This document shows positions 1 to 10,694 of a stretch of DNA of 64,000 nt, in pieces (position 1 is the stretch's first letter; the number at the start of each line of letters is the position of its first letter). The position numbers and the translations under genes were made by a program. Source of the DNA: Tubulanus polymorphus (Eukaryota; Animalia; Nemertea); contig NC_134028.1 of NCBI RefSeq assembly GCF_964204645.1, positions 12,137,263 to 12,201,262 on the forward strand, in the 5' to 3' direction. The notes under the pieces are model-generated. The model had not been told where the DNA came from. It saw only the letters and a program-made list of their open reading frames with translations, and made no database searches.

Positions 1-1252
1 ATGGGATTTTGCCTAGGAGAAGTTCACTGTTGCCTTTGCGGCCATTAATTAATGACAGTGTTCTTAGAGTAAGGGGGAGATTGTCTAGAGCTGATGTACC
101 CTTCGAAGCGAAACATCAGGTTTTGTGCATCAAATAACTCGATTGATCATTACTGATATCCATGAAAACTTATATCATTCTGGTCCTGAACATGTCATAT
201 CTGAAATTCGCCAGAGATACTGGCCATTAAAAGCACGTAGTTTGGTGCAGAGTGTTATTTGTAGGTGCATAGAATGTCGCAAAAGAACGATCAAACCAAC
301 AGTTCCAATCATGAGTGATTTGCCCATTGCGCGAATAAGCGGTTACACTCGACCTTTCACATTTACTGGTGTTGATTATTTTGGCCCGATGTTGGTTAAA
401 CAGGGAAGAAGTAGAATTAAACGATGGGGTTGCCTTTTCACATGTTTGGTTACTATAGCTATCCACCTCGAATTAGCGGATAGTTTGGAGACAGATGCAT
501 TCATTCTTGTGTTACGAAATATGATCGGGCGTCGTTCTAAACCTTCTGAGATATTTAATGATAATGGAACGAATCTAGTGGGTGCTGAAAAAGAAGCATG
601 AAGCTTTATTGCAATTAAATCAGCATCAAATACACAATTTTCTACTTCAGCGGGGAATTAAATGGCATTTTTCACCTCCCTGTGCACCTCACTTTGGGGG
701 TGCATGGGAGAGACTCGTTAAATCAACAAAACGAGTACTTAAACAGGTTCTCAAAGAACAATTGGTAACAGAATCCGTATTACGAACGGCCTTGGTTGAG
801 ACCGAAGCTGTTATCAACAGTAGGCCTATTACCTATAATAGTACTGATCCAACAGATTTCACCCCTTTCACACCGAATCATTTTTTGTTGGGAGGTTCCT
901 GTAATATTGAATGTCCAGGTGTATTTTGCGAGAAAGAAATCAACAGTCGAAAACGGTGGCGTCAAAGCCAAATGATCGATGACCATATCTGGCGTCGGTG
1001 GTGTAGAGAATATCTACCCAATATAACGGTACAAAACAAATGGTTTAAAGACAGCCGCGTAATGAAAACTGGTGACTTGGTTTTGCTCGTTGACACCAAC
1101 CTACCTCGTGGCCAGTGGTTTTGGCTAGAGTGATTGGAGTTTGCCCGGGTCCGGATGGTCGTGTTCGTGTCATTAGAGTAAGAACCAAAAATGGTTCCGA
1201 GTTTTTGAGACCGTTAACAAAGGTTGCTGTTCTTGAAGAAAGTGTGGATTAA
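1..1252 (+). pseudogene. BEL/Pao pol C-terminus (integrase), frameshifted
   Basis: ORFs 125-601 and 582-1133 are successive parts of one integrase. Frameshifts lie near 120, 595 and 1120, and the final frame ends at TAA 1250-1252. Confidence 0.9.
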
Positions 1253-1385
1253 TTGAATATTTTCTTGGTTACTGCATTTTGCATTATGAAATTAATATGA
1301 ATTGTATTAATATTTCTATTCAGCGTGTTTGAGTAATGAAATAACGTTTTGACGTCATCAAGTATCAGACGTCAAGGGGGCGCCG

Positions 1386-1922
1386 TGTAACATATTAAAC
1401 TTTTTTTTTATTTTTTTTTATTTTGTGTGCTTTGATTAGATATTCATACTTTGTGTTTCTAGAGTTTGATTTCTTTGAATTAATCTACTGCATTTCTATA
1501 TTCTGTTAGATTTCTTGCTTGAATTAAGCTTCCAGAATTTACATTCATGCTATACATATCACATTCACCCGTGTATAGTTTACTGTACTGTAGAACTTTA
1601 TTTAAAGTCATGGTGTAGCATATTTCGGGGCTTTTTGCCAGCATTAGACGTACACTCGACATGGTTCTTGTAAGTAAAAATCTGTTGGAATTAGAATTTA
1701 GGAAATATTTAGGCCTACTATGTACATTACTGATAATTCTTCTATTTATTTCTGTTAATTTTGTTAATTTGAATACTGTATTATTTGTTTATTTGTAGTT
1801 AACCACACATCTTCGTGTGTCAGAAATAAAACTTGTGCGTTAAAGAACCGTCGTAATTTTCTTTATGTCGCTCTCATCGACATGGAGGGAGAAATGAAAC
1901 CTGCAACCTCAGTATCACAACA
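1386..1922 (+). repeat. BEL/Pao 3' LTR (~537 bp)
   Basis: Starts TGTAACA right after the PPT, contains AATAAA (~1825) and ends TCACAACA. Confidence 0.75.
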
Positions 1923-1925
1923 TAC

Positions 1926-2005
1926 CTGTACTTTCCAATTGTGATGCACATTCTCCTCTATTGTCTGGACTGCTTTTATCTAGCACAGTTGGTAAATCCT
2001 CCCGC
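1926..2005 (-). CDS. Candidate small exon of the KATNIP-like host gene (REDLPTVLDKSSPDNRGECASQLEST)
   Basis: ttactttccag acceptor, open frame and CAG|GTATG donor. Its phase-2 start matches the phase-2 end of the 2780-2861 candidate. No conserved motif recognised. Confidence 0.5.
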
Positions 2006-2779
2006 CTGGAAAGTAAACAAGACCTTTCAAGAATTAATAAATAGCTTTAAATCATTAACCCAATATTGGCACTTCTTAAATGCTCACACCAATTGTGTTT
2101 GTGAGGAATTTCAAAATGGGAATCCAATTAAGATGAATGGCATCAAATTCAGTGCCAGGACTGTGAAAAGAATGGCCTCCAATTTGGCAGTGTTCAGGTT
2201 GCACAATAGGCCATTTCAATTGTTACTAAAATATGTGCATTTAGGGTTTCAACTGGTCACTCTTCCCATTTGCATTATTTGATGATTCAAAGCCAAAAGA
2301 ATCTTGATTCGGCTTAAGGGAAAACTCTAAACTGTAATTAATACGCCATTATACCTCAGTATATTTTTTAAGTGAACAAGAGATGTCTCACACAAATTGA
2401 GTGACGCCATATTACCCTGCTCATTCAAAGAGAGAAGGGCAATCACGGTATAATTATCAATTTGCATATTGAATTCAGGTGAATAGACTAAGGACTGTAA
2501 AATAGGTTTGTGATCAATTGGCCCCAGATATTTTTTTGGGGGTAAAATCAAGTAGATGAGTTAGGAGTTCCTCCATTGACTAATGGCTGCTTAAAACCAG
2601 GACATATAGAAAATTCAGGCTCCAGAAAACCTGATATTGCTTCATCAAATCAAACTTTTTTTATTCAAATGTGTATTTGAAAGTAAATCTAATGCCCACC
2701 TTTGAGTGCCACATCAATAGGTTACATTATTAGTGTATTGTTAGAAAATTAATCTACAAGGTCCTTCTTCAGGACTTAC

Positions 2780-2861
2780 CCTTGATTTTGCCATGTATCC
2801 AAATCAGTTGTCAATTGTAAACTTTTATTTTCAAACGAGGAAGGAGCAAGCAAAAGTGGAT
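2780..2861 (-). CDS. Candidate small exon of the KATNIP-like host gene (DPLLLAPSSFENKSLQLTTDLDTWQNQ)
   Basis: tttcattttag acceptor, GG|GTAAGT donor, open frame; phase 1 in, phase 2 out. Confidence 0.5.
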
Positions 2862-5087
2862 CTAAAATGAAAACAAAAAGTAAGAACACAGTATGAAAAC
2901 AAAGATCATCCTCAACCACAATTTTCTCAACTAATATCAATAATGAACATTGCGCAGTTCCTAACTCTGATTTCTGGTTTCATCAGAGGTTTTTCATAAT
3001 CATACGGACCAATCAGGACAGAAACTCTCAAGTTCTTCAAATTTGAGGCCAGTGCCAGTTACTGACGAAACAAAGTTGACATGGTTTTTACTAATTTCAT
3101 GATAGGATTGCTTTAAGTAGCTTACATCTTCACTCAATAGACAAATCGTCGATACGCGCGATATACACTGTAGCGCGCTTTATCTTTAACTGATACATAC
3201 ACACAGTGAACACATGAGTACAAGGCGATATTGCCTATGCGACTGTAACCGACTGTTTAGAATGTGAACGCTCATCACTGTGCCACAGTTAACTAACTAA
3301 TACAAATAATCAGGCTCCAAAAAATCAGGCTCAGTCATGTAAATATCAGACCCATTTCCAAAAATCCGATGCTATCAGTAAATCAGCCGTGTGGCGAACA
3401 TGGAAGTAAATTCCCGCATTGCGAAACCACATTTTCGTATCTTGATGCAACATTACCGTATGCACGGGATATCAAAACTAGATGAATCATTTAACACATG
3501 GCGCACAATTAATTGTTATATCATACCCCTTGAGTATCAGTATTCGCACTACAAATGATGAATATCAACCTATTAAATTGTGCCGCCATTTTGTTTGTGA
3601 AATAATGCAAACCTGGTGATCTACCTCTATCAATGTTAAGACGTCATGATGGAAGTCAACCGGGTCAACACAAATTTTATTCAACCAAGATTTTGAGGGG
3701 TTTCATCTTTGAAAGCCCATAACCACCGAACAAGGCGTCGGATCTTGGTGATATGAAGGTCTTCCGGCACAAATAGCATTGAATTTTCACATGTGTTATT
3801 TTGGACTGTTAAACATGCTGCATAAAAAACATGCTTAAATAAATTGAATTTTTTACACTTTTTGGTAAATTTATGAAATATGAAACACACAGCTTTCAAC
3901 TTTGTGCACCATAAAGAAAAACCAATTACGAAATACATTTTTGCTTTCCATTTTTGTTCAATTCCCTCGCCAATTAGTAGAGAAATTACAGGCTACAAAA
4001 ATTGCATTTTAGTGTGCTAAAAATAGCTTTGAGCGTTGTGTATCAAGCATACAAACGATTATCGATCAGCCAGGCCGTTAAAATAGGCTCGCTAATGCAA
4101 GCCAACTAGAAAGATGCTTTCTAATAGCCTGACAAGAGACGAGTAAGCTTGGTTGGTACACACTATACAGCGTTACAATTCTCCAAACATTTATGCAAGT
4201 CGGATCCAAACGAAGTTTCACTGTATCAGACAAAGAGTTGAGATTATAGACATTATACAATGTATTAACCCATTGGCATTCAATTGTGAAGTTGTGAAAA
4301 GATGAAAAGGGTATGCACTGCTGCTTATAGTCTCAATGATAAACAAAACCATAATGATTAACAAGAATCTAAATTCTTAAGATCGACTTCCTGAAATTAC
4401 AGCACTTATGCACGAAGATAATAAGATAACAACTATGTATCTTGTGTTATGCATAAGTGTCACGCGATAGCAATAACGGACTTTGCTTAAGCGAAAGTCC
4501 ATGAAAATTAACTTTGTTAATAGTTTATAAATCAGTGGGTTAAGGTCAAAAACGACTTGGCTAATGCTACAATTCTCGTATTTTCAGTGATTTATCAGTA
4601 GAAGCTGCACATTCATAGGATAAGACCGAAAGGAAGATGACCCCATTGATTTTATTTAACTATGTAAGTCATATAAACCCGATTACTGCTCTGCTCTTAT
4701 ACTGCACTGCACTGCTCCATTCAGACAAGTTGAAATATTGTATCTTACCTTTCAAATCAGTAGAACAGAGCCACTGTGGTTTAGCAGTCTGGTATATTTT
4801 TGATTTCCCACAGACACTGAAAAAAAATATTAAATATTATCCAATATATATGAATAAAAGCGAATATTGTTTTCTGCAGCTCAGGGCATTTTTTACTTAT
4901 CCCATATCAGGTTTCATGTGGCATGAAATTATTAGAAATATGTAACATATTGGTCAATTGAATTTGAATATATATTGCAGTGTATAACTAGATGCTATTC
5001 TGCCTGTCCTACAGCTATTCTCCAAATATCAAGTCCAAGAGCCAAAAACCAGTAAAAAGCAAGACGAAAAGATATCAACACAATTAC

Positions 5088-5122
5088 CTATTATTCTGTA
5101 TTTACCAAGAGAGGGCAGCACC
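5088..5122 (-). CDS. Candidate micro-exon (17 or 35 nt) of the host gene
   Basis: ttttgtaactgcag acceptor and two alternative phase-1 donors (exon ending at 5106 or 5088). It bridges the phase-2 end of 18507-18582 to the phase-1 start of 2780-2861. Confidence 0.3.
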
Positions 5123-6031
5123 CTGCAGTTACAAAATAGAAAATGACTGATGGACAGATTCCATCACACCAACCCCTACAACTTGTTTAAACTCCAATTT
5201 GAACAGCTTAAAATTTACACCAAATATTGACATAAATTGACACAATGATACAGTAATATTATAAGTCATTCAAACTCCTCAGTATTCAGGATGCATCTAA
5301 GTGTCTCAGAACATGGAGGACACACGTTCTGGTGGTCTGTGATTCGAATTCGGGATGCATCTAAGGTTAGTGTCTAACCAAAAATATCTGTACCATCAAA
5401 AGGTAGATACGGCCAAAGGACACTAAAGCTGGCTTGCCTTTCTGTGGCATTTCCTTGTTCTAGAACTGAAAGATATAATTGCAAAGAAAACCGAAAGAAA
5501 TTGCTTGAAGGAATGTGCTACAACTGAGGGGTCATGTGTTGTAGTATATGGACTGAATGGCTTTTTGTCACTAATATTACTAAGACCAAGTGATCCCAGG
5601 TGAACCATTGTCAGGTTACAAAGGAAAGGTATGCAGATGTAACCTACCACACGGATTATTTCCCGACAGTGCATGGCCGCCTTTTTGTAGGGGATCCCCA
5701 CAAAATCAGAAACTTGGATATCAGTATGGTCTGCTTATTGGAACCTGGTACGAATGGCGAACACACAGACAGGTCAACACACAGGGAGGAATGGAGGTCT
5801 GTAGGTGAAAAATCACAATTTTTGGAACTAAAATTTGTATTTCCGAGTAGTACTTACCCTTTCCTATGGTTTTTGCCAATATTTTTTGAATATGGATTGA
5901 TCGCAGATGGTTTTTCTATACGACCCGGCCTTGCGGTATTGCATTTAGCCACCGGCGAAATCCACCATCTTTCTACGTCATAGCAGACCCAAAAATGCAG
6001 CTATGTGGGGCAGGTGGGGGGGGGGATTCCC

Positions 6032-6128
6032 ACCATAGGAAAGGGTAAGTACTACTCGGAAATACAAATTTTAGTTCCAAAATTGTAATATTTCCGTCGA
6101 GTACTGTACCCTTTCCTATGGTTTTTGC
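6032..6128 (-). repeat. DIRS internal complementary region (ICR)
   Basis: The first half is the reverse complement of 5812-5869 and the second half is the reverse complement of 9420-9457. Together they reproduce the circle junction. Confidence 0.9.
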
Positions 6129-6386
6129 TAGACTAGCCTAGCACAAGGATGGTGGGAAAGGTAGATAGAAAAACCACCGCTCAAACGCAAGGTAAGAGGG
6201 AAAAAAGAGAGCACTTACCCAAGCATGGAATGGAGCACTGTAGCACAGGGAAGACCGGTTGGCCACAGTGAGTCCGTCCAGCTCAGGGGCCCCCCAAATT
6301 TTGCAAAATTAATACTTGCGAATATGAGCTCAAAATATGCACATGGATACACCCCTTGTGATCCTGATAATACAAACATAAAAATT

Positions 6387-7273
6387 CTACGCTAAAGAGT
6401 CCGATCCGAAAGAGCGGACACCTTGAGCCATAACAACAGGACCGAGTGACGCTAATGAGCCTAACTGGCCTGAAACATCCCGTAAATAAAATAACGTGAG
6501 TGTCAATGGAGAATTCCAAAAGGCGGCCCAACAGACTTCTTCCAACGGAGCACCTGAAATGGCTGTGCGGGAAGTAGCCATAGACCTCACTTGATGAGAA
6601 ACAACTCCCTCCGAGGAAAGATTCTCTTTCAATAAAATGTCCTTGATCAGTGAAGAGACCCATCGGGGCACTGTGTCCCGAGAAATATCACCCTTTAGGT
6701 GATCCAGCAGCGGAATAAATAACCGCTCCCGCGAACCCCTTTGTGGAGCAGAGCAATCTAAATAGAAACACAACGCCCGTACAGGACATAACGACCTGTC
6801 CGGAAGACCCAGTTCGACGTTTTAGAGCTTCAATTCACCATTGACCACCAACCGAGCCTGGCTGTTGGTTCTTTGCCAAAAACTCCAAAGCAGGCTGCAG
6901 CGAAACAAATTCCTTCGCTGGCTCGAAGACAATATTACCTTGTCGCACTGAAAGTGCATGAATCTCAGAACGACGGGCCGAGCAAGCCAAAAACAGCAAG
7001 AATACAGTCTTTTTTGACAAATTCGCCAAAAATTGTATGAGAAATGGCAGAGCGGTAACCTTTAATAGTTATGACCTGCCAACATTTTACTACAAATAGA
7101 TGCAGAAAAAAATCTGCCAATTGAGCTACAGAGGGTGAGCATGGATCAATTTCCCCTGCAGCACACCAATCCGCAAAATTACCCCATTTGGCATCGTATA
7201 TGGTACTTGTTGATGGCCGCTTAGATCCTGCCATAAAAGAGGCAGCCTGTTCCGAAAAGCCTGAAGCTGACAA
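6387..7273 (-). pseudogene. DIRS tyrosine recombinase (frameshifted)
   Basis: SKRPSTSTIYDAKW..F.DWC, TIKGYRSAIS, ARRSEIHAL (R), HQVR (HxxR) and AFWNS..T...FYLRD (Y). Confidence 0.9.
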
Positions 7274-7276
7274 GGA

Positions 7277-7658
7277 TCACTGGACAATGGCCAGGCGAGC
7301 AGATTTAACCACTGGCTTTTTGGATGATGCCGAAAGTTCCCCTGAGACAGAAGCGATGGGAAATTCGGAAGAATCCTGGGGTTGTCGCACAGTAGGTTGA
7401 GAAGTGGTAGGAACCATTTCTGAGCCGGCCAACATGGTGCTACCACAACAATGTTGCAATTGACTGATCTCTCCATTTGATCCAGTAAGCGAGGGAGGAC
7501 TGGTGTGGGCGGGAACGCATACACATGCATCCCCGACAAGTCCATAGAGAAGGCATCGACCCCCCCATGCTTTCGCGTCTGGAAACAGGGAAACAAAAAG
7601 AGAAACACCTCCGATTGAACCGGGTGGCAAACAGATCCAGCAGCGGATTACCAAACAT
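7277..7658 (-). pseudogene. DIRS-associated DNA N6-adenine methyltransferase-like (MT) domain
   Basis: LDLFATRFN, DAFSMD..G.HVYAFPP and VVAPCWPAQKWF motifs downstream of RNase H. Confidence 0.85.
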
Positions 7659-7699
7659 GTCTTGAACTCGATTGGCTACTTCTTGGTGGAGAACCCATT

Positions 7700-8595
7700 C
7701 TGTCGCAATAGCCTGACCTCAACGAGGAAAGAGCATCGGCCATCACGTTCCTTTTCCCTGCTAAATGTGCCACAGTCATTTCCCTGCTAAATGTGCCACA
7801 GTCAGGGAAACGCCCTTTGTCTGGCAGCAAAGAAGAATTTTGGCTGACAGATCCGTGAGGATTTCTGAGTGAGTGCCCCCTTGATTCTGAAGGTAAGCCC
7901 TCACCGTTGAATTGTCCGTGGCTAACCAAACGTGGTGGCTCTCCACTCTCCTGTGAAAGAACTTCAGGGCCTTCCACAAGGATCCAGATCTGGAGTTAGA
8001 TCGGTTGGAGGTACGGGAATCAAAGTCTCCCAGTTGCCCTTCGCCTGAGACCAGAAGACCTTCCAATATTGTTGCAAGCGCCTGCTTCTGAGGCGGCCTA
8101 AGGGCACCACTAGACCCATGGAGCTGATGGAGCCTAGAAGCCGTGATCAGTAACGAGCTGTACTCAGGGTTATGGGCACTCCCGCTACAGCTTCTTGAAG
8201 AAAAGACTCTTGAAGACGGAAAGACTTTGCCGATTTGGAGATCGAAGTCCATGCCGAGATAAGTGAACTGTTGGGCCGGCGTCAACTGAGATTTTTCCCT
8301 GTTTACGCGTAACCCTAGCTGAGTCCAAGACTGAGGTCATTGCCTCCCGACATTCTTGAGCCGAGTTTCGCGACTATTAACCAGTCGTCGAGATAAACGA
8401 ACATTCGAACACCCCTTGACTGAAGTACCTTCTGAACGGATTTGACCAACTTGGTGAGAACCCACGGGGCCGTACTGAGGCCAAATGGAAGAGACCTGAA
8501 TTGGAACTGGTGGCCTTTCCACTTTATCCTGAGAAATCGCCGAGATTTTGGGTGAATTGGAACCTGAAAGTAAGCATCTTTCAGGTCCAAAACTT
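7700..8595 (-). pseudogene. DIRS reverse transcriptase (N-truncated) and RNase H
   Basis: LDLKDAYFQVPIHP, LPFGLSTAPW, YLDDWLI and TYLGM (RT). ATDNSTVRAYLQNQGGTHS and HLAGKRNVMADALS (RH). Multiple frameshifts and a ~25 bp tandem duplication at ~7753-7804. Confidence 0.92.
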
Positions 8596-8599
8596 CCTG

Positions 8600-9127
8600 C
8601 AATAACGATCGTAATCCCTCTCGCGATCAATCCTTGATCTGCGAGAAGACCGTGCGCGTTTATTACGCTCACAGAGTCTGGACCTAGTGGGAGAGCGAGC
8701 TCTATCCCTAGCGACGATGACTATGATTCGAAACATCAGAATCAGATGATGTACAAACCGGAAGTTTAGAACCGGGTGACGTCTGGACCGGATCGGTACC
8801 CAAACCGGTCCGGACCGGTAACCGAACCGGACCGGTACTGAACGAAGGCTATACAATTTGAAATAGAATTAGAGACGTCGGTTGGCACGTCGGCCGAAAC
8901 CGACAAATCCCTACTATTAACTCGACGATCTTTCAGCTTCCGGGCCTTATCGGCCCGAATACAAAGGTCCTCGGACCAAACCTCGCAAGTCTTGCAAGGA
9001 TTACTCCTAGAACAGATTTGGCCAGATTTATGCCTACACGACGCACATGCAACGTGGTCATTCCAGGCACCGAATAAATGTCCACATCCCTCACCGCCAC
9101 GATGCTGACCTTAGGAGGGGGCGGCAT
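8600..9127 (-). pseudogene. DIRS gag N-terminal remnant
   Basis: Cys/His-rich frame CGGEGCGH...DHVACASC...CSRSNPCKTCEVW followed by R/S-rich low-complexity sequence, then fused directly to mid-RT. Confidence 0.65.
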
Positions 9128-10491
9128 AATTATTCAATTAATCAGTCACAATAATGAATTAAATTAAATTAAATTAGTTAAATTATTTCGGGAAAAAAGA
9201 AACAAGGGATAGCCCCCAAACCGAACGGACTCACCATTACGAGAGTGATTACTCCCTTAACTTCCTAATCCCTTTGATTCTTTGGCGAAAAAATCCAACG
9301 CGTTCATATATAGAAGAACGCCAAGAAAAAAGATGGCGGATTTCGCCGGCGGCTAAAGGCAATACCGCAGGGTCGTATAGAAAAACCATTGGCGATCAAT
9401 CCAAATTTAGAAAATATTGGCAAAAACCATAGGAAAGGGTACAGTACTCGACGGAAATAAAGGGGGACATAGGGGTCCTTGCTCTTGAGTAGCGCCATAC
9501 CTTATGCAATCTCCTCCATCTACCCACCATAGTCGCTGGCATGGTTCATAACATGCGTGACCACAATGGCTCTTGCCTTAAATATGACATGCAGGAGGTA
9601 CTCCAGCAAATCAGCGAGTCATTTCCCGGGGTGACAAGTGGCGATCGGACTGCTGCTACATAACTTATCACATGTAGAAACACACAGCTGGTTTGTTGTC
9701 CAACATTCTTTTTATAGACTTGGTAGTCCTTAGAATCTAGTATAAAAGGGACGAGGATACACAATAGCCTTGGTTTACCATGGTTTGCCGCTAACTAAAG
9801 CAACAGAAATACCAGCAAACGTCAAAGTACTTTTTCAAAGAATTTTAAGGCTTAAGGCATTGGGGGAATAGATAAAAGTCCAACATTGCCATATTCAACT
9901 GTGTTGAACATGGGTTAAATTAGATAAATTCATCACATTCTGCAAAAAGATGAAACTCACCCAATAAAAGTCAAAATGGCGTGTATTCCTGGTTCATCTA
10001 ACCTGGTTGTTATAGAGCGTTGATTATATGAGAGCACCCACGTGATTGTTGCAGATCACCTGGGAGACGAATGGATGTATTACCGGATGGAACATATATT
10101 GGTGAAAAAATACTGAACTTAAACGCTAAATATAGCTGCACAGCAGCGATAACGGGTTTCTGCCTAAGTGGTTTAAATGGCGCACTGGGAAGCGCACAAA
10201 GATTTCATCGAAATAATTTTAATCGGTCCATAACATATGACTATTTCCAAGAAGCGCAACCTGGGTCAACATTATGCTGGATATGTGGATCCATAAGGGC
10301 ATCCACGTCAAAAGTACTGATGTTCTTAGTGTAGTCAAATGGCTTTGAGGATACCGAAGATATCGTAGAGTTAGCTAAATATATTGTACCACGGCATGGC
10401 GCCCTCTGGTGGAGTTTGATAGAAATAGAGTTTATAATATGGCGATTATAGAGTTGGTTGTTCATTTGTCGTAGCTAGAGGAATCCAAACA

Positions 10492-10509
10492 TGGTGTCAG
10501 AAGTGGGAT
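10492..10509 (+). other. Primer-binding site complementary to the 3' end of tRNA-Leu
   Basis: TGGTGTCAGAAGTGGGAT immediately follows the 5' LTR. Confidence 0.8.
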
Positions 10510-10694
10510 CTATTATATTCTGTCAGCCAAAAAGATAAATAGTCTCGAATCACCAACAAAATCAGCTCAAGGTTGAAAAGCTCAGCTGAAAGACCAGCAA
10601 CGTCAGCAGACGCAGACTCGTGACGTGGACCTTCCTTAAAACGATACAGCTAAGTACGTGACTACACTACACGTGTTTAAGGATATACAGCGAA

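Larger units (their letters stand above)
1..1922 (+). mobile_element. BEL/Pao LTR retrotransposon, 3' portion (integrase, PPT, 3' LTR); 5' part lies outside the window
   Basis: Integrase motifs H..HSGPEH..CIEC, FTGVDYFGP, NDNGTN, GGAWERLVKS and a DUF5641-like tail (RWRQSQ...WRRWCREYL). A purine tract (aaggggg) precedes a TGT...ACA-bounded LTR. Confidence 0.93.
5808..9457 (-). mobile_element. DIRS1-like tyrosine-recombinase retrotransposon, internally deleted and degraded
   Basis: Imperfect inverted terminal repeats (~5838-5972 vs ~9325-9457) and an ICR at ~6032-6128 that matches the joined termini. Ends are TTT-like with no TSD. Minus-strand gag, RT, RH, MT and YR remnants. Confidence 0.93.
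5400..9780 (-). mobile_element. Highly degraded LINE (APE endonuclease region) split by the DIRS insertion
   Basis: Minus-strand remnants PLWS (~9560) and SSLCVDLSVCSP (~5770) resemble APE motifs HHPLWGS and SxIDLSxCSP. The two remnants lie on either side of the DIRS. Confidence 0.35.

Noticed and set aside
7277-7658. Bacterial contamination or a restriction-modification methylase
   Set aside because: The MT motif lies in its usual place between RNase H and tyrosine recombinase inside a DIRS element.
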